Shown here one piece after another: positions 63,101 to 64,000 of a DNA stretch of 64,000 nucleotides. Origin of the DNA: Neocallimastix sp. 'constans' (taxonomy: Eukaryota); NCBI GenBank assembly GCA_050613775.1, contig JBODTK010000100.1, forward strand, positions 434,001-498,000, written 5' to 3'. Made by a program: the position numbers and the translations under genes. Under the pieces are notes generated by a model. It saw only the letters and a list, made by a program, of their open reading frames with translations, searched no databases and was not told where the DNA came from. Numbering within the stretch: the stretch's first letter is position 1; each line of letters begins with the position of its first letter.

Positions 63101-64000
63101 ATTTTGTTGATGGTAATGACTATCGTAAATTAATTACGGATCAAACGGAAAGAGTAAAACTTATTTTAGAAGCCCATAAGATAGGTCATGAGGGATATTA
63201 TAAGACTTATCAAAGGCTTCGTAAAAGTTTTTATTGGAATAATATGGTGATGGATATTAAAAGAGTGGTGCAAAGTTGTGACAAGTGTCAGTTGAATAGG
63301 TCACAACCATATCCAGAACCTACAGAAAATATTCCAACTAAAGTAGAAGGTCCTTTTATACATTTGGGTTTAGATATTATTGGACCTTTGATTAAAACGA
63401 AGAATAATAATCAATACATTATGGTTGTGGTGGATTACTTCACCAAATGGGTTGAAGCAGAACCCACGGAAAATATAACATCACAGGATGTGATTAAGTT
63501 CTTAATTAATGTGTTTGCTCGTCATGGTGTTCCACAGGTAATAACAACTGACAATGGTGTTCAGTTCACCTCGGACATGACGAAAATATTTTTAGATCTC
63601 TATGATGTATATGTGAAGTTTATTTCCACATATCATCCTGAAAGTAATGGACTTACGGAAAACCGTAATAAAGAGATCGGCAAGTTATTGAGGTTGTTGG
63701 GTTCTAAGAATAAGGATTGGGATGAAGTTTTACCATCCGCCTTATGGGCTCTTAGAACTACCAAAAATAAGGTAACAAAACATTCAAGTTTTGAGTTGGT
63801 TTATGGTAGGGAGGATCAGCAGCCTTTTGATATTGCTGCTAGACCTACCAAGGATATTAATAAGTCATCGGATGAAGTGTTGTTAGAAAAATTTATAAAT
63901 CATTACCGATGGACTTTAGAAGCAGCCGAAAATGTTAAAAATGCAAATAAGTATTGGGCTGCTAGAAGAGAGGAAAAGAATAGTTTGAATGAGGGAAAAA
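60140..64000 (+). pseudogene. pol: Family D pol (protease, RT, RNase H, integrase) with TGA at 62378-62380 and a 1-nt deletion at ~62652
   Basis: ALIDSCS, LCIDYRKVN, FIDD, RTDAS, GHEG..CDKC, GLDIIGP, TTDNGVQF; TGG in the copy at 19551 vs TGA here. Confidence 0.9.

Larger units (their letters stand above)
50147..64000 (+). mobile_element. Ty3/Gypsy element, family D (tRNA-Ala primed); 5' LTR split by a nested insertion; runs off the window
   Basis: LTR halves 50147-50197 and 56549-57516 reconstitute LTR D (cf. 14139-15094); PBS at 57521; gag 59183-60149; pol 60146 to the end. Confidence 0.9.

Overview
Extremely AT-rich eukaryotic DNA. The composition, the intron-less bacterial-type hydrolases and the repeat landscape suggest an anaerobic gut fungus (Neocallimastigomycota); this is inference only. 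The window has three zones. (1) 1-32.9 kb is an almost continuous stack of Ty3/Gypsy LTR-retrotransposon pieces: more than 20 solo or partial LTRs of about 10 families, truncated or chimeric gag-pol remnants, a small paired-LTR non-autonomous element and a MULE remnant. (2) 33-50 kb is a gene island with a CE1-like esterase, a secreted Cys-rich protein, an alpha/beta hydrolase, an ankyrin-repeat protein, microsatellites and two poly(A)-tailed retroposon ends. (3) From 50 kb, a tRNA-Val(TAC) gene has a tRNA-Ala-primed gypsy element inserted 15 bp upstream, and that element's 5' LTR hosts an intact, very young chromodomain-bearing element. The main observation is that unrelated LTR families in zone 1 abut each other with 2-6 bp spacers, and their target-site duplications overlap each other and the TG of the neighbouring LTR. 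This gives a polarised, chronologically ordered insertion array, most simply explained by repeated Ty3-like integration at a Pol III start site, as is seen directly at the tRNA-Val. Also notable are Tf1-like self-priming, half-tRNA-Lys priming, -1 frameshift signals in three families and a highly structured 5' leader. Family letters (A-N) are my own labels. All alignments were done by eye.
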